From: an uncultured Nitrospinota bacterium
GTDB lineage: Bacteria > Tectomicrobia > Entotheonellia > J063 > CAVPRW01
Assembly: GCA_963707985.1 (NCBI GenBank)
Contig: CAVPRW010000011.1
Location: forward strand, 1-64,000
Direction: 5' to 3'
DNA: 64,000 nt
Part shown: piece after piece, positions 9,832-21,859 of the stretch
Numbering within the stretch: the stretch's first letter is position 1
Layout: each line of letters opens with the position of its first letter
Translations under genes and position numbers: made by a program
The notes under the pieces: generated by a model
Told to the model about the DNA's origin: nothing
Databases searched by the model: none
Seen by the model: the letters and a program-made list of their open reading frames with translations, nothing else

Positions 9832-10905
9832 TTAACGTGTATTTTGGCCTAGTGTGCCCGAAATTGTGCCCGTCACGGTAGCTGTACCTGGAAGCTTGAG
9901 GGCTGCCTCGCGAAGATCGCCTTCACTCACAATGTTGTAGCGGTCAAAGACCGAACGCGTTTTATGCCCTGAAATTTGCATCGCCACTCTCTCAGGAATA
10001 CCAGCCCGAATCATGTTCCGAACGCCTGTCCGCCGAAAGTCATGGCACAATCGCCCAGAACCACCTGCCCTCCGGCAAGCACTAGTCCAGGCATTCCTGG
10101 AGTCCCGAATTGGCTTTCCATGACGATGAAAAACCCAGGGAATAATTTGTCCGTGCTCACGTTCAAGTGTGCTGTTCTTTGTCCGCATCTCACGCAAGAT
10201 GGTATACAGCTCCGTGGGCAGGAAAACTGTCCGTCCCTGACGATTTTTCGTAGTGCCCGGCTCCGAGCGGACAGTCCCGGCCTCAAGATCGACCTGCCCC
10301 CACATGAGGGTGAGAATCTCCTCTTTCCGCCAGCTTGTATAGTAGGCAAACGTTGCCACGGGTTTCAGGTAGCCGGGTAGCTCCTTGAGGACAGCACGGA
10401 AAGCCTCCGGCTCGAAGAACCCCGAGCGGACATTATCCTCCTGCAATATCGGAATGTACGGTACGTGATCCACCTTTGGCGGGGTTTGCTATCGGGCCAA
10501 GTTCAACATACGCTTCAGTGCGGCCAATTCACGGTTACTTTCGGCATTGGAGTACCCGGCCTCCTGCTGCTTAGCTATATACCTCCGCACGTAGTCAGTA
10601 GTGATATCAATGGCCCGCGTGCCACCAAAATAGCCCTTCAAGTGCTTTATGCTTCGCTGAGCCTTGCCTAGTCAGCACTTGCCGTTGATCTGATAATCAG
10701 CCAATAGATCGGTGGCTAACTCCTCAAACCGTAGGCGATCGAAATGTGGAACTACGGACTTCCCTTGGGCAACCTGTCCCTCCCGGAGCTTCAAGAATCG
10801 TTTGGCCTCTGCTTCCTTCTCCGTGCCCGTACTTTCACGGATAGACTTTCCATTCTGGTAGTACTTGACCCACCAAATGTCTCCACGCTTGTAGAGTGAC
10901 CCCAT
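9832..10905 (-). pseudogene. Tyrosine integrase with two in-frame stops
   Basis: MGSLYKRGDIWWVKYY arm-binding region; NRELAALKRML; YTSWRKEEIL, HDFRR and SGHKTRSVFDRY catalytic motifs; stops near 10672 and 10490. Confidence 0.9.
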
Positions 10906-11164
10906 AGTACATTTCCTTCATCGAGTCTTGTGCTCTCATGTGTCATATACTGATATGTTCTATATTTACCTTGTACCTTGTTAATATATTCATAGTATCA
11001 CTAACTTTCAATAGTTGTGCAGTGTAGATCAAGTATCAATTAGTGGTTTATAAGGTGGTTTGAAAGGTGTGACTATGATAGCCTGATTACTCAGGGCTGT
11101 TACAGGTAATGAATCGGTAGGGTTAAAGTGCAAGGTTAGTTTTACTCAGGCGCGGGTATGAGAG

Positions 11165-11370
11165 GGCAGGCTGGCCTACTGGCCCAAGCCGTGCGTAGGA
11201 GGAAATGTGCTACCAAGGGTACCCATCCCAGGGGCCAGGTAGCTGCTACGCGGGGCACCTTCTCGCGCGTGCGCAGCTCTGGAAAAAATGGATTGCCAAG
11301 GTACCATCTGGGGGGCAGGCTCCTAGCATCCCTTATCCACGGGGAAAAAATGATTGCCAAGGTACCCCTG
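11165..11370. repeat. Non-coding repeat with three AAATG.(A/C)T(T/A)(G)CCAAGG.TACC-like units; homologous to 1-150
   Basis: Units near 11203-11224, 11284-11305 and 11345-11368. Confidence 0.65.
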
Positions 11371-11639
11371 GGCTGACTACGTGCGACTCCTTTTCTGGCT
11401 GGGGGGAAATAGGAATCTTAGGCTATTCCGCCGAAACACTTGAGGGATAAAGGTCGGTGTGGTACTATGCGGAGAATTGGCGGCATGAATGGCTCTGTGG
11501 GAGGATTAGATAGACATCCAATGGGGGGTCGTAAGGCAGATTATGCGGAAAGCTTTCCATATAATCATGAGGTAGGCGCCACCAATGATAGCTATTAACG
11601 AGCACTCGTAATTCAAATTGAAATCAGATATAGCACGAT

Positions 11640-12422
11640 ATGAACTCTAGCCCAACGTTGCCATTCGATAAGCCCCAAGCGAAGGGGCCTGCGTCGCCCA
11701 ATCGTGCGCGCCTGTTTTATACTGGAGCGGCGGCGTTGCTCCTGATACTGATGTTCCTTGGCTTCCAGCAGTTTTATCTGCACGGCAAGGCCTTCCCCAA
11801 CCGTGAACTCACCCCGCCCATACAAACGTTGCTCATCCTACACGGTACCGCCATGTCTGCATGGATGCTGTTGTTCCTGGCCCAGCCTCTGTTGATCGTG
11901 TCCGAGAACCGCCGCGTTCACATGATGCTCGGGCGGGTCGGTGCGGTGCTCGCGGCGTGCATCGTCTTCCTAGGGCTCCGAGTGGGGATTGAAGCGGCGC
12001 GAGTCAACCCGCCCGACATGAAGCTCTGGGGCCTGGTGCCTAAACAGTTCATGGCCATACCGGTCATCAGCATCCTCATCTTCGCCGTTTTCGTGATCGC
12101 CGGTGTGTGGAATCGGCGGCGACCTGAGGTGCATCGGCCGATGATGTTGCTGGGCGTGTTGGCCGTGATACCGGCAGCCGTTGACCGCATCGATGCCATC
12201 AGGAGCCTCTATAGCGGCACGGTGTGGGGAACAATCTTCGGTCCATTTTTTGGGTCGCTGGTAATCGGGTTGTTCTTCCTCATCGTGAAGTGGCTGCTGA
12301 CGCGATCGTGGGACCGATGGTATGCGGTGGGATACGCCGGGCTGGTCGTTGCCAGCGCATTGATCATGCGGTTGGCGACGACCAGTGCATGGGACCACTT
12401 TACAACTTTCCTGCTTCGGTGA
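11640..12422 (+). CDS. Polytopic membrane protein of unknown function
   Basis: 260 aa, about 7 hydrophobic segments; LHG..MSAWMLLFLAQ, VHMMLG and RRRPEVHRPMML His motifs. Confidence 0.75.
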   Translation: MNSSPTLPFDKPQAKGPASPNRARLFYTGAAALLLILMFLGFQQFYLHGKAFPNRELTPPIQTLLILHGTAMSAWMLLFLAQPLLIVSENRRVHMMLGRVGAVLAACIVFLGLRVGIEAARVNPPDMKLWGLVPKQFMAIPVISILIFAVFVIAGVWNRRRPEVHRPMMLLGVLAVIPAAVDRIDAIRSLYSGTVWGTIFGPFFGSLVIGLFFLIVKWLLTRSWDRWYAVGYAGLVVASALIMRLATTSAWDHFTTFLLR

Positions 12423-12799
12423 TGTCGAGCCGGCGGGCTGACTGTCGAGTCATATAGTTGCGTATTGCGTCTGAAGAACAGACATACAAAAAAGTGATGG
12501 CCGTCCCCGGGGCTATTACCCGCATCCACAGAGAATGGCTCAGATTACGGGTGCCCGGATGCTCCCCCATCTTGTGGTCCACTGGCAGCGGCAAGATCTC
12601 GATGGTCGGGGTCATGTTGATGATCGCCACTGCGACTGCACGATGCGGATGCAATGGAGAGTGGCCGCCCCAGGTCTTCTCACGGGGTCGGACTTCTGGA
12701 TTATCTCAACAGAGCTAGCAGAGCTAGCGCAAATCGCCGCTCGTCCCAGGACTCAACCGGCAGTCCAGAATGGCCCATGCCGGTTGAGCTGCCTCTCTC

Positions 12800-13828
12800 C
12801 TACAGTCGGTCCCCAACGAAGTAGGGGACTTGCTTGCGGTAGACCTGGATGCGGCTGCGCACCGATTCGGAGACGAAGATCCGGTTGTCGTCATCGATCT
12901 GTGACTGCCGCCGGCCCCCAGAACCGCTTTTCACGCTCCATGCCCTGGGCTCTCTGCCGCTGTACCCACATCTCAGGACTGGCGTTCAGCTTCTCCTGCC
13001 CCCACTTGGAGACCGTAGCCTCACCAGCAACTGGGTGACAAAGGTCCCCTCGGCGTCAAATACCTGCAGGCGATCGTTGCGCGTGTCGGCCACATAAATC
13101 ACCCCCGCCTGATCGACGGCGATGCCAGTGGGGCGGTCGAACTCTCCATCGCCGGAACCCGAGGTACCAAATTGCATCAGAAAGCGGCCTTCGGCCGTGA
13201 ACTTCTGGACGCGATCGTTGCGCCAGTCGGTAACGTACACATCGCCCTCGGTGTCAAGGGCGATACCCCAGGGCATGTTGAATTGACCCTCACCGCTGCC
13301 TGCCGTGCCCCACTTGCGGAGGAATTTACCATCTTTGGTGAACTGCTGCACGCGGTTGTTCAGGCTATCCACCACGTAGAGGTTATCGTCCTGATCGAAG
13401 GCCATGCCCGAGGGGCGGTTGAGCTCGCCATCCCCAGCCCCTGGTGTTCCCCACTTGCCGACCCAATCGCCATCCTTGGTGAAGATGGAGATGCGATTGT
13501 ACCACTCATCGGACACGTAGACATTGCCGGCTTTGTCCAGGGCAATAGCGGTCGGCCAGAAGAAGCGACCATCGGGAGCGTCGGCCTCGGTTTGCTCCGC
13601 AGCAACGCCACGGCCAAATTCCGAGATGTACTCCTCGCCCACGGTGCAGATGGTGACCCGCTTGCCGTCTGGCCTGTTCTCGTAGGCGCGACTGAGGACA
13701 TAGAGCCGGTCACCCTCACCACGGGCGATCCCCACAGGGACGCGGAACCCCGGCCCTGAGAACTCGGCACGGCCGATGGTATGACTGTATTGCAGTTGTA
13801 CAGGGTGGATCTGAGTCGCAGTAGCCAT
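12800..13828 (-). CDS. NHL-repeat beta-propeller protein (frameshifted near 13020)
   Basis: Repeated F..P.GIA.D..G.VYV.D..N.RVQ.F motifs. Confidence 0.85.
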
Positions 13829-13940
13829 ATTGACCTCCCAGAGCATGGACGTTTCGGCTGCCTCCACGCACCTTCCTCCCCGAGGGAGAGGAGTTGCTCG
13901 CATCCCGCCAGGCGGGATCGCCTGGCGGTTCTCCGCACGC

Positions 13941-15078
13941 TTATGCGAGGAAGGCATGCTGCTCGAAGCTGCCACCAACGATAGGCTTGGAGTCCAGACC
14001 CAGCCACCTCTCGACCAGCGTGGCATAGGTGCTACGGAAATCGTTGTTGTAGTGCAGGTCGCCATCGAGCAATTTCTCCGGCGCCAGCGATGGGTATTCC
14101 CCGTACAGCCCACCCTTCACCGCATCGCCGATGACGAAGGCGATACCGCCCGAGCCATGGTCGGTCCCCGAACCGTTGTCATGCACCCGCCGACCGAACT
14201 CCGTGAACAGGAGAAGCACCACGTTCTCAGCGGCGTTGTGCTCCTTCAGGTCCTGATAGAAGGCACTGACGCCATTGGACACATCCTGCCACAACTGCGA
14301 ATGCTTCGGTGGCTCACTGGCATGGGTATCGAAGCTATTCTGCGGCGCGGTGGTGTACATGACCCTGGTCCCGAGGCCGGCGAGATACACCTGGGCGATG
14401 TTGCGTAGATACTGGGCCACGGTATCGTTGCCGTACTTCACCGTCGAGGCATACTTCTGCGGTGCCGTGCTGAGGATGTCCGCCCCCTTCAAGGCATCCA
14501 CCCCCGTTTGGGAGATGTATTCCTTCACCATGGTCCGTCCGAGCCTCGGCGCGTACATATTGGCAAACAGATCCAGCGCTTCTGTGCGCTGGTCCTCGCC
14601 CTGGATACCCGTCAGCACACCGTAGGTCTCCAGATTGCCCACGGAGGCGACCGGCACACCAGGCACCGCCAGCGCGCTGGGGAGGCCGCGACCAAAGTTC
14701 ACGCCGGTCAGGACGTTGTCGTGGCTAGGATCGATATCGCGAATGGTCCGGCCAAGCCAGCCTTCGGTGCCGACTTTGTCGGGCTCACAGGTGTGCCAAA
14801 TATGCATGGAGCGGAAGTGCGAGCGGTTCGGGTGGGGATAGCCGATGCCCTGAATGATGGCCACTTTCCCCTCGTCCCACAACGCCTTGATGGGCGCCAT
14901 GGCCGGGTTGAACCCGATGCTGATCATTGATGGGCAGGACCTTCTCAGGGTCGATCCGCACCACCGGCCTGTTCTCCAGGTAGAGTGGGTCGGCATAGGG
15001 GATGACGGTATTGAGCGCGTCGTTGCCCCCGGACAACTGGAGCACCACCAGCACGTTGTCTTGTTTACGCGTAGCCAT
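13941..15078 (-). CDS. DUF1501 domain protein (frameshift near 14925)
   Basis: LVVLQLSGGNDALNTVIPY, GYPHPNRSHFRSM, FDTHA, EFGRR, GTDHG, DFRSTYA. Confidence 0.88.
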
Positions 15079-15090
15079 AGTCTGCTCCTC

Positions 15091-16496
15091 TTAGGCAAAG
15101 AGATATTCCTGGGTCGATGCGATGAGCTGGAGCGTCTGGCCCACTCGCTGGGCGAAGTCTTCTGTGCCGGTGCGCAGTTCGCCGCCCTTTTGCGCATGCT
15201 CCACCAGCATGCTGTGGGTGTCCTCGGCGAGTCTCATAATGCCCCAACAGCTCGAGACAGCCATCCACCAGGCGCTCGGGCGAGAGCGTGGGGCCCTCAG
15301 CACCCAGGCGGTCGATGATGGCGCGGATGCCTGGGAGCTTGGTGTTCCCCATCTGGTCGGCGGTGAAGTTGATGCGCTCGACCAGGGTGCCGCTGTCGAT
15401 CCACTCCTGGCCCGTATGCCAGCCTTCCACGGTGGGCGGGTTCGCCAGGTCCTGCCCCATGTAGCGCATTTCCGCGACGAGTGCCGGCACGCCGGGCTTG
15501 GGAGCAGTGAAATCGCCCACCAGGCGCGTGGTGCCGATCACCGCTTCCACCGGACTCTTCACCTTGGCGAAGCGGGCGTTCTTGAACGCGTCGGAGTTGA
15601 ACAGCACGCGCAGCATGGAGCGCACCTCGTAGTTGGACCGGAAGTACTCATCTTCCAGCATTTTGATCGTCTCAGGGTCTCTCGGAGGCGTGTTCTGCCA
15701 GGCCGGCACCTGCACATCATCGGCGACGAAGAAGTTGTACAGGTGCCGCGACGAGGAAGCGGGCGGTGGCCGGCTGCTTGGCGATGATGTTGACGATATC
15801 CTCGCCGTCCCAGTTGCCCGTCTCACCCAGGAAGGTCTTCTCGCCGTCGTCATGGTCTTCTGGGTGGTAGATGAAGCGGGCGGTATAGACGCCATAGGGG
15901 TAGCGCGGGATAGGCGTCGAGATGGTCCAGCCCGTGAAGGCGCGGGCACACGCTTTGACATCGTCTTCCGTGTAGTTGGGTTGCCCGTCCATGCCCACAC
16001 CCATCGAGAACAGCTCCAGGAGCTCACGGCCATAGTTCTCGTTGATGGCGCCCTTGTGGCTCATGCAGTTGTCCAGATAGAAAATCATCGATGGATCGCG
16101 AGAAATCTCCAGCAAGATGTCCCGGAAGCTGCCGAGGCCACAGCGGCGGAACATATCGAACTCGATGAGTTGTTGCTTGGCGTGCTGAACCTTGGAGGAG
16201 CCGGTGCATAACACGCCGTGCCAGAAGAGGGCGATCTTCTCTTCCAGGGGGCGCTTGGAGTTGATCATGCGCCATGCCCAGTAGGCGGGGCCACCAGCCA
16301 ACATTTCCCGCCACTCCATGAAGTAACGCTCCAGTACATCGTTGTCGATGCCATCAGGCTGCGCTTCGGGATGCAGCAGCTCCTCTACCGTTGCCTCGTA
16401 TCCCTTGGCTGCCCGTGCCTCCAGCTCATGGTAGGGCGCTCCGAAACCGGCACGGCGCATCAGGTGAGCCATCAGAGCGATATCATGATTTGCCAT
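15091..16496 (-). CDS. DUF1800 domain protein (frameshifts near 15750 and 15235)
   Basis: HLMRRAGFG, LEEKIALFWH, NENYGRELLELFSMG, RAFTGW, KVKSPVE, PPTVEGW. Confidence 0.88.
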
Positions 16497-16622
16497 GCAT
16501 CAATCCTCCCTCGATCGATCGTTTCCAGCCGTCTCACTGCGCTGTCGTCACACTAGCCAAGACGCCAATCTTGGCTACTCCTTTCCCAGTCACGGCTTCA
16601 TCTCTCTACAAACCATCACCCA

Positions 16623-17222
16623 CTAACCACTAATCACTCTCTCGACCACAGGTGCATTCCAGGCTTCCCACAGGGCATTGACACCGGCAATACAGCGCCG
16701 CGCAAATTCCTCATCGCGGCTCGGATCGCCGAGGTCAAGCCAGGTGAGCACCGCATTCCACGTGTGCGATACCGCCACCTCGACCGCCCAGCGGCGGAAC
16801 AGGGGATCGGCGTGCCCCCGACGCTGCAACACCCAGTTGATCACGCGGGCGCGAACGTCGTGCGCATAGTCCGCGAACTCGGGCTCGCGGGCGGCATGCA
16901 CCAACAGGAGACGGAGTGCGTCAGGAGAGGCGCGACCAACGGCGAGCAAAGCTCGAATGCCGGCACCAGGCTGGAGCTCCTGACTTGTCCAGGCGAACTC
17001 AGCTTGCAGCGTCTGCACGGTGGCATCGAGCACCGCGCGGTAGAGCTCATCCTTGGAGGCGAAGTGCCGGTAGACGATTTCCTTGCTGATGCCGGAGGCT
17101 GCTGCCACCTCCTCCATCCCGGTACTGGCAAACCCTTTTGTTGCAAAAGCGGTCGCCGCACCCTGAAGAATCGTGGCCTGGCGCTGAGCCCGTGACAGAA
17201 GCTTACGGCGAGAACAGGTCAT
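16623..17222 (-). CDS. TetR/AcrR family transcriptional regulator
   Basis: AFATKGFASTGMEEVAAASGISKEIVYRHFASKDEL HTH. Confidence 0.9.
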   Translation of the reverse strand: MTCSRRKLLSRAQRQATILQGAATAFATKGFASTGMEEVAAASGISKEIVYRHFASKDELYRAVLDATVQTLQAEFAWTSQELQPGAGIRALLAVGRASPDALRLLLVHAAREPEFADYAHDVRARVINWVLQRRGHADPLFRRWAVEVAVSHTWNAVLTWLDLGDPSRDEEFARRCIAGVNALWEAWNAPVVERVISG

Positions 17223-17356
17223 ACGGCCTCCTGTGAGGGGACTTTACACCTGTAGTTGGTGCAGTGTAGACTAATACGTCAACAATGTGAAGCGAAAAAT
17301 TGCATCGGGGAGGTTCGTATGTCTGGGCAAGAGGTTAGCAGCGATGGTAGGTGTGT

Positions 17357-18106
17357 ATGGCGTTGCGTATAGGTCATGTCCCAAATCTCTCTGCCGAGCC
17401 CTTCTACGTTGATATGGCACGTCGTGGCCTGACGCTGATCGAGCTTACGCCTCGCGCCGTAGGGGTTGCAGCGGAAAACAGTGAGATCGACGCCGGGCCA
17501 GTGCCGCTGGTGGATAGTTTTCGCCTGGAGGACCGCATGCAGGCGATCGCGGGGTTTTGCATTGCCAGTCTGCAGGACGCGGTCAGTAGCCTGCTGTTCT
17601 CCACCAAGCCCATCGAGGCCCTTTCTGGGACATATATTGGCGTCACGGACGAGGCATCGACCGCACCGAGGCTCCTCGACGTTCTGCTGCGTTTGAAGTA
17701 CCAGGTGCAGACGGCATCCTATGGGCCTCTCGCGGCGTCGCACGAGGCGTTCCTGCTGATTGGCGATCAAGCTCTGCGCCAGCGTATGGGTATGCCAGAG
17801 TTCCCCTATACCTACGACCTGGGAGCCGAATGGCACGCCTGGACCGGCCTGCCATTTGTTTTCTCACGTTGGATGGTGCGTAAGGGCATGAGTCCCATGG
17901 AGCTAGCAGTGCTTGAGGAAGCGTTGTACCTCGGGTTAGAAGAAGGGGTCGACGCTCTTTGTGAGCGGGCGGAGCCGCGCCAAGACCTGGTGATGCTGCC
18001 GCGCGATATTGCCACGTATATTCGTGGATTTCGATACTTTATCGGGCGGTTAGAACAGCGCGCCATGGACCAGTTTCGGCGCTACTTGCAACAGCTCGAA
18101 AGCTGA
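17357..18106 (+). CDS. mqnA: MqnA-family chorismate dehydratase (futalosine menaquinone pathway)
   Basis: AFLLIGDQAL, YDLGAEWHAWTGLPFVFSRW. Confidence 0.75.
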   Translation: MALRIGHVPNLSAEPFYVDMARRGLTLIELTPRAVGVAAENSEIDAGPVPLVDSFRLEDRMQAIAGFCIASLQDAVSSLLFSTKPIEALSGTYIGVTDEASTAPRLLDVLLRLKYQVQTASYGPLAASHEAFLLIGDQALRQRMGMPEFPYTYDLGAEWHAWTGLPFVFSRWMVRKGMSPMELAVLEEALYLGLEEGVDALCERAEPRQDLVMLPRDIATYIRGFRYFIGRLEQRAMDQFRRYLQQLES

Positions 18107-18478
18107 TGTCGGAGTTGCCACGTGCCTGACGACCAACACGTGGGGCTGGCATTGGCTGTACCCGGCCTCACAGACGAGCCTGCATTGGGGGTCTGAAGAG
18201 CGTACGCGTCGTGACGGGATCGAATCTGTCATCTCGCGTCAGCGTTCAGGCCCCCGCACTCCCCTGATGACAGAAGTATCCCTCCGGCCTTCGCGGAAAT
18301 CTTCTCGTCATGCAGCCCAGGTTGTATTAGAATCTCCTACGACCCAGTGCAGCGGTTCAGGGCAATGGGTTTCTAGGGTAGATGGCTGGGCGCGGATACC
18401 GAGCACCTCTAGCGCTTCTTTCAGGAACCATTCCAGTCCGACGCTTCATAACTCACCTCGTCGAGGGAGGAAGCTGCC

Positions 18479-20165
18479 ATGGCAATTCCACCGAAGTTTG
18501 TCGGTATGCCCATCAAACGGCGGGAAGACCCCCGTCTGATCACCGGCACCGCCACCTACGTCGATGATCTCCAGCTGCCGGGCATGACCTATATGGAGCT
18601 GCTGCGAAGCCCCTATGCCCATGCCCGCATCGTTCGCATCGACACCCAGGCCGCACGCCATGACCCGCGCGTGCTGGCCGTGCTCACCGGGGAGGACATT
18701 CGAGAGATCCCCGGCCCGGTGGCCATTGGTGAGGTCGATCTGCCCAACCTCAAATTGCCGACGCATTATCCGCTAGCCGTCGGCAAGGTGCGACGTGTCG
18801 GGGAGCCGGTCGCCCTGGTTGTTGCCACCGACCGCTATGTCGCCCGCGACGCGCTGGAGCTCATCACGGTAGAGTATGATCCACTCCCGGCGGTGGTAGA
18901 CATGGAAAAAGCACTGGCGCCTGGCGCTCCAGTTGTGCACGAGGAGTGGGACGATAACCTGGCCTATACGTTTGAGATGGTCGCGGGCGACATCGACCAG
19001 GCCCTCCGTGAGGCGGAGGTGACCATCCGCCAGCGCATTCTGAACCAGCGGTTGGTGCCGCTGGCAATGGAGTCACGTGGCGTAGTGGCCAATTATCATG
19101 CCGCTCAAAGGAGCCTGGAGCTGTGGTCATCGACGCAGATCCCTCATATCTTGCGTACCTATGTCGCGACCACGTTGCACCTGCCGGAAAACCGCGTCCG
19201 TGTCATCGCGCCGGAGGTTGGCGGTGGTTTCGGCAGCAAAGCCGATATCTATGCCGAGGACATGCTCGTAGCTCATCTGGCGATCCGTCTGCGGCGTCCG
19301 GTGAAGTGGGTGGAGGATCGTCGCGAGAATTTCGTCGCGACCATCCACGGCCGCGGCCAGATTCAGGACGTGGAGCTCACCGCCAAACGTGATGGGACGA
19401 TCACCGGCTTACGCGCCCAGGTGCTTGCCGACATGGGCGCGTACTATCAATTCTTTACGCCAGGGATTCCCACCCTGACCGGGCTTCTTGCCCCAGGGTG
19501 TTACAAGATCCCTAACTTCCGCGAAGCCGCGCCGGCTGATATGGTGTTCGAAGCCGGTCAGATCTATGTCCGTGGCAGCCCCGATCGCGCCGTCACCTTC
19601 CTACAGGTGGCAAAAGCCGCCTATCGCGGGCTGAACCTTCCCGCCGACACCGAACCTGGACTGGAGGCGACGAGCTCCTTTGAGCCGTCGAATTGTACGT
19701 TTCCCTTCGGGGCCCACGTCTGCATCGTCGAGGTGGATGGTGAGACAGGCGACATCACTATCAAGCGCTATGTAGCGGTCGATGACTGCGGGCGACGTGC
19801 TGAATCCTCTGCTCGTCGACTGCCAAGTGCATGGGGGCATTGCCCAGGGAATGGCGCAGGCGCTGTTCGAAGAGGTGGTGTACGATGAAAACGGCCAGTT
19901 GGTCACCGGCACCTTGATGGATTATGCCGTGCCCAAGGCATCGTTCCTCCCTCACTTCGAAACCGACCGCACGGTGACTCCTTCGCCGGTCAATCCGCTG
20001 GGCGTCAAGGGGGTGGGTGAAGCCGGCACGATTGCCTGCTCCCCCGCCGTCGTGAATGCCGTCGTCGACGCCCTATCGCCGCTCGGAGTACGACATATCG
20101 ACATGCCGCTGAGGCCAGAAAAAATTTGGCGTCTACTCCAGGCGCATCGTTCATCGCGGAGGTAG
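18479..20165 (+). CDS. Xanthine dehydrogenase / aerobic CO dehydrogenase-like molybdopterin large subunit with a large internal deletion and a frameshift
   Basis: KRREDPRLITG, RSPYAHA, VGGGFGSK, AVDDCG, QVHGGIAQG, GVKGVGEAG; only ~560 aa; junction at KIPNFR|EAAPADM. Confidence 0.8.
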
Positions 20166-20171
20166 CCTGAA

Positions 20172-21055
20172 ATGATCCCAAGCACATTCGAATATCTAGC
20201 TCCGACGACCTTGCAGGAAGCGCTCTCCCTGCTCTCGACTCACAAGGACGACGCCAAAGTCCTGGCGGGGGGACATAGCCTGCTGCCACTGATGAAGTTG
20301 CGGCTCGCGGCCCCGGCGTATGTCATCGATTTGGGACGCATTCCCAATCTCGCCTACATCCGGGAGCATGGAGGGAGCATACAGATCGGGCCTTTGACGA
20401 CGCATTTTATGGTCGAGTCTTCCGCCCTGTTACGCCAACAACTGACAGCATTGGCGGAGGCTGCTGGGACGATTGGCGATGTCCAGGTGCGCAACCGCGG
20501 GACTATCGGTGGCAGCATGGCGCATGCCGATCCAGCTGGCGATCTGCCGGCCGCCATGCAGATGGCGGAGGCGCAGTTCAAGCTCATCGGCCCCGCTGGT
20601 GAACGGACGGTGCCGACCGAGCAGTTTTTCGTCGATCTACTCACGACGGCGCTTGGTCCCGATGAGCTGTTGGCGGAAATTCAGGTGGAAGTACCTCCAG
20701 CCCGCACCGGCACCGCCTATATGAAGGTATTTCAGAAAGCTTCGGGGTTTGCGATCGTCGGCGTGGCCGCCAGAATTACGCTAGGAGCTGATGGCCGGGT
20801 GTGCCAGACGGCGCGTGTCGGCATTACTGGTGTCGCGGCCAAGGCGTTCCGGGCTCAGAGGCGTCGAGCAAACGCTCGCAGGGCAGGGCTATGGATGAAG
20901 CCACGATCACAACCGCGGCCGAACATGCGAGCGACGGCGTGGAGGCGCTGTCGGATCTGCATGCCTCGGGAGACTATCGCCTAGCTCTGGCGCAAGTATA
21001 CACCAAACGAGCGCTGTTGCGTGCGCTGACGCGGGCGCAGGGAGGAACATTGTGA
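20172..21055 (+). CDS. FAD-binding medium subunit (CoxM/CutM-like), frameshift near 20860
   Basis: KVLAGGHSLLPLMKLRL, VRNRGTIGGSMAHADPAGD. Confidence 0.88.
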
Positions 21056-21666
21056 AAGTCTCGGGAACGCGTCTCCTCAGTGCCCCACGGGATCGCGTCT
21101 GGCGGTGTCTCAACGATCCGGCTTTTCTCAAGGAGTGCCTACCGGGCTGTGAATCCATGGAGGCCACCGGCCCTGATCAGTATCAAGTCGTACTGACCGT
21201 CGGCATCGCCGCCGTCAAGGGGAAGTATACCGGTACGGTGACGTTGTCGGAGAAAGACCCGCCGCAGCGTCTCAAAATGCAGGTGGAGGGCAAGGGCACG
21301 GGCGGTTTCGTGCAGGGGACCGGGCTCCTGGAGCTGTCCGAGGAGCCGCAGGGGACGAAGGTGACGTATGAGGGAGATGTCCAGGTCGGCGGGCCGATCG
21401 CCAGCGTGGGTCAACGGTTGCTCGATGGGGCAGCGAAGATGATCGTGGGCCAATTCTTCAACGCTGCGAATGGGCAACTCGCGGCTGTATCGTCACCGCC
21501 TCCCTCATCGTCGACCGGCTCGGTGCAAGGCACCTCTGGCCCGCTAGCGCAATCGCTCACCGCCGCTCCGGTGCGGCATAGCCCATGGCGCACAGCGGTG
21601 CAGTATTTATGGACGCAAGGCCGGGAAAAGCTACGGCAGTGGTTCACCCACTCGACATCACACTGA
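21052..21666 (+). CDS. coxG: CoxG-like SRPBCC protein
   Basis: VWRCLNDPAFLKECLPGCE, GGPIASVGQRL. Confidence 0.8.
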   Translation: MKVSGTRLLSAPRDRVWRCLNDPAFLKECLPGCESMEATGPDQYQVVLTVGIAAVKGKYTGTVTLSEKDPPQRLKMQVEGKGTGGFVQGTGLLELSEEPQGTKVTYEGDVQVGGPIASVGQRLLDGAAKMIVGQFFNAANGQLAAVSSPPPSSSTGSVQGTSGPLAQSLTAAPVRHSPWRTAVQYLWTQGREKLRQWFTHSTSH

Positions 21667-21859
21667 TCCGGCAGACTTTTGCAGGCAACTTCCCTGCACC
21701 AATAGGGGAGATGGGGCTATCATCCCCCCTATGAGTTGGGCGACACCCATCGCAAATTGCCTCCGGACCTCGGAGTAGGGGAGTGTGGCCGCGTTACGGA
21801 GCCTCTAGATTTCTATCTTCTTGTGCGTTCCAGTGGTCCTCGGCGTTAGCACGACAGGA

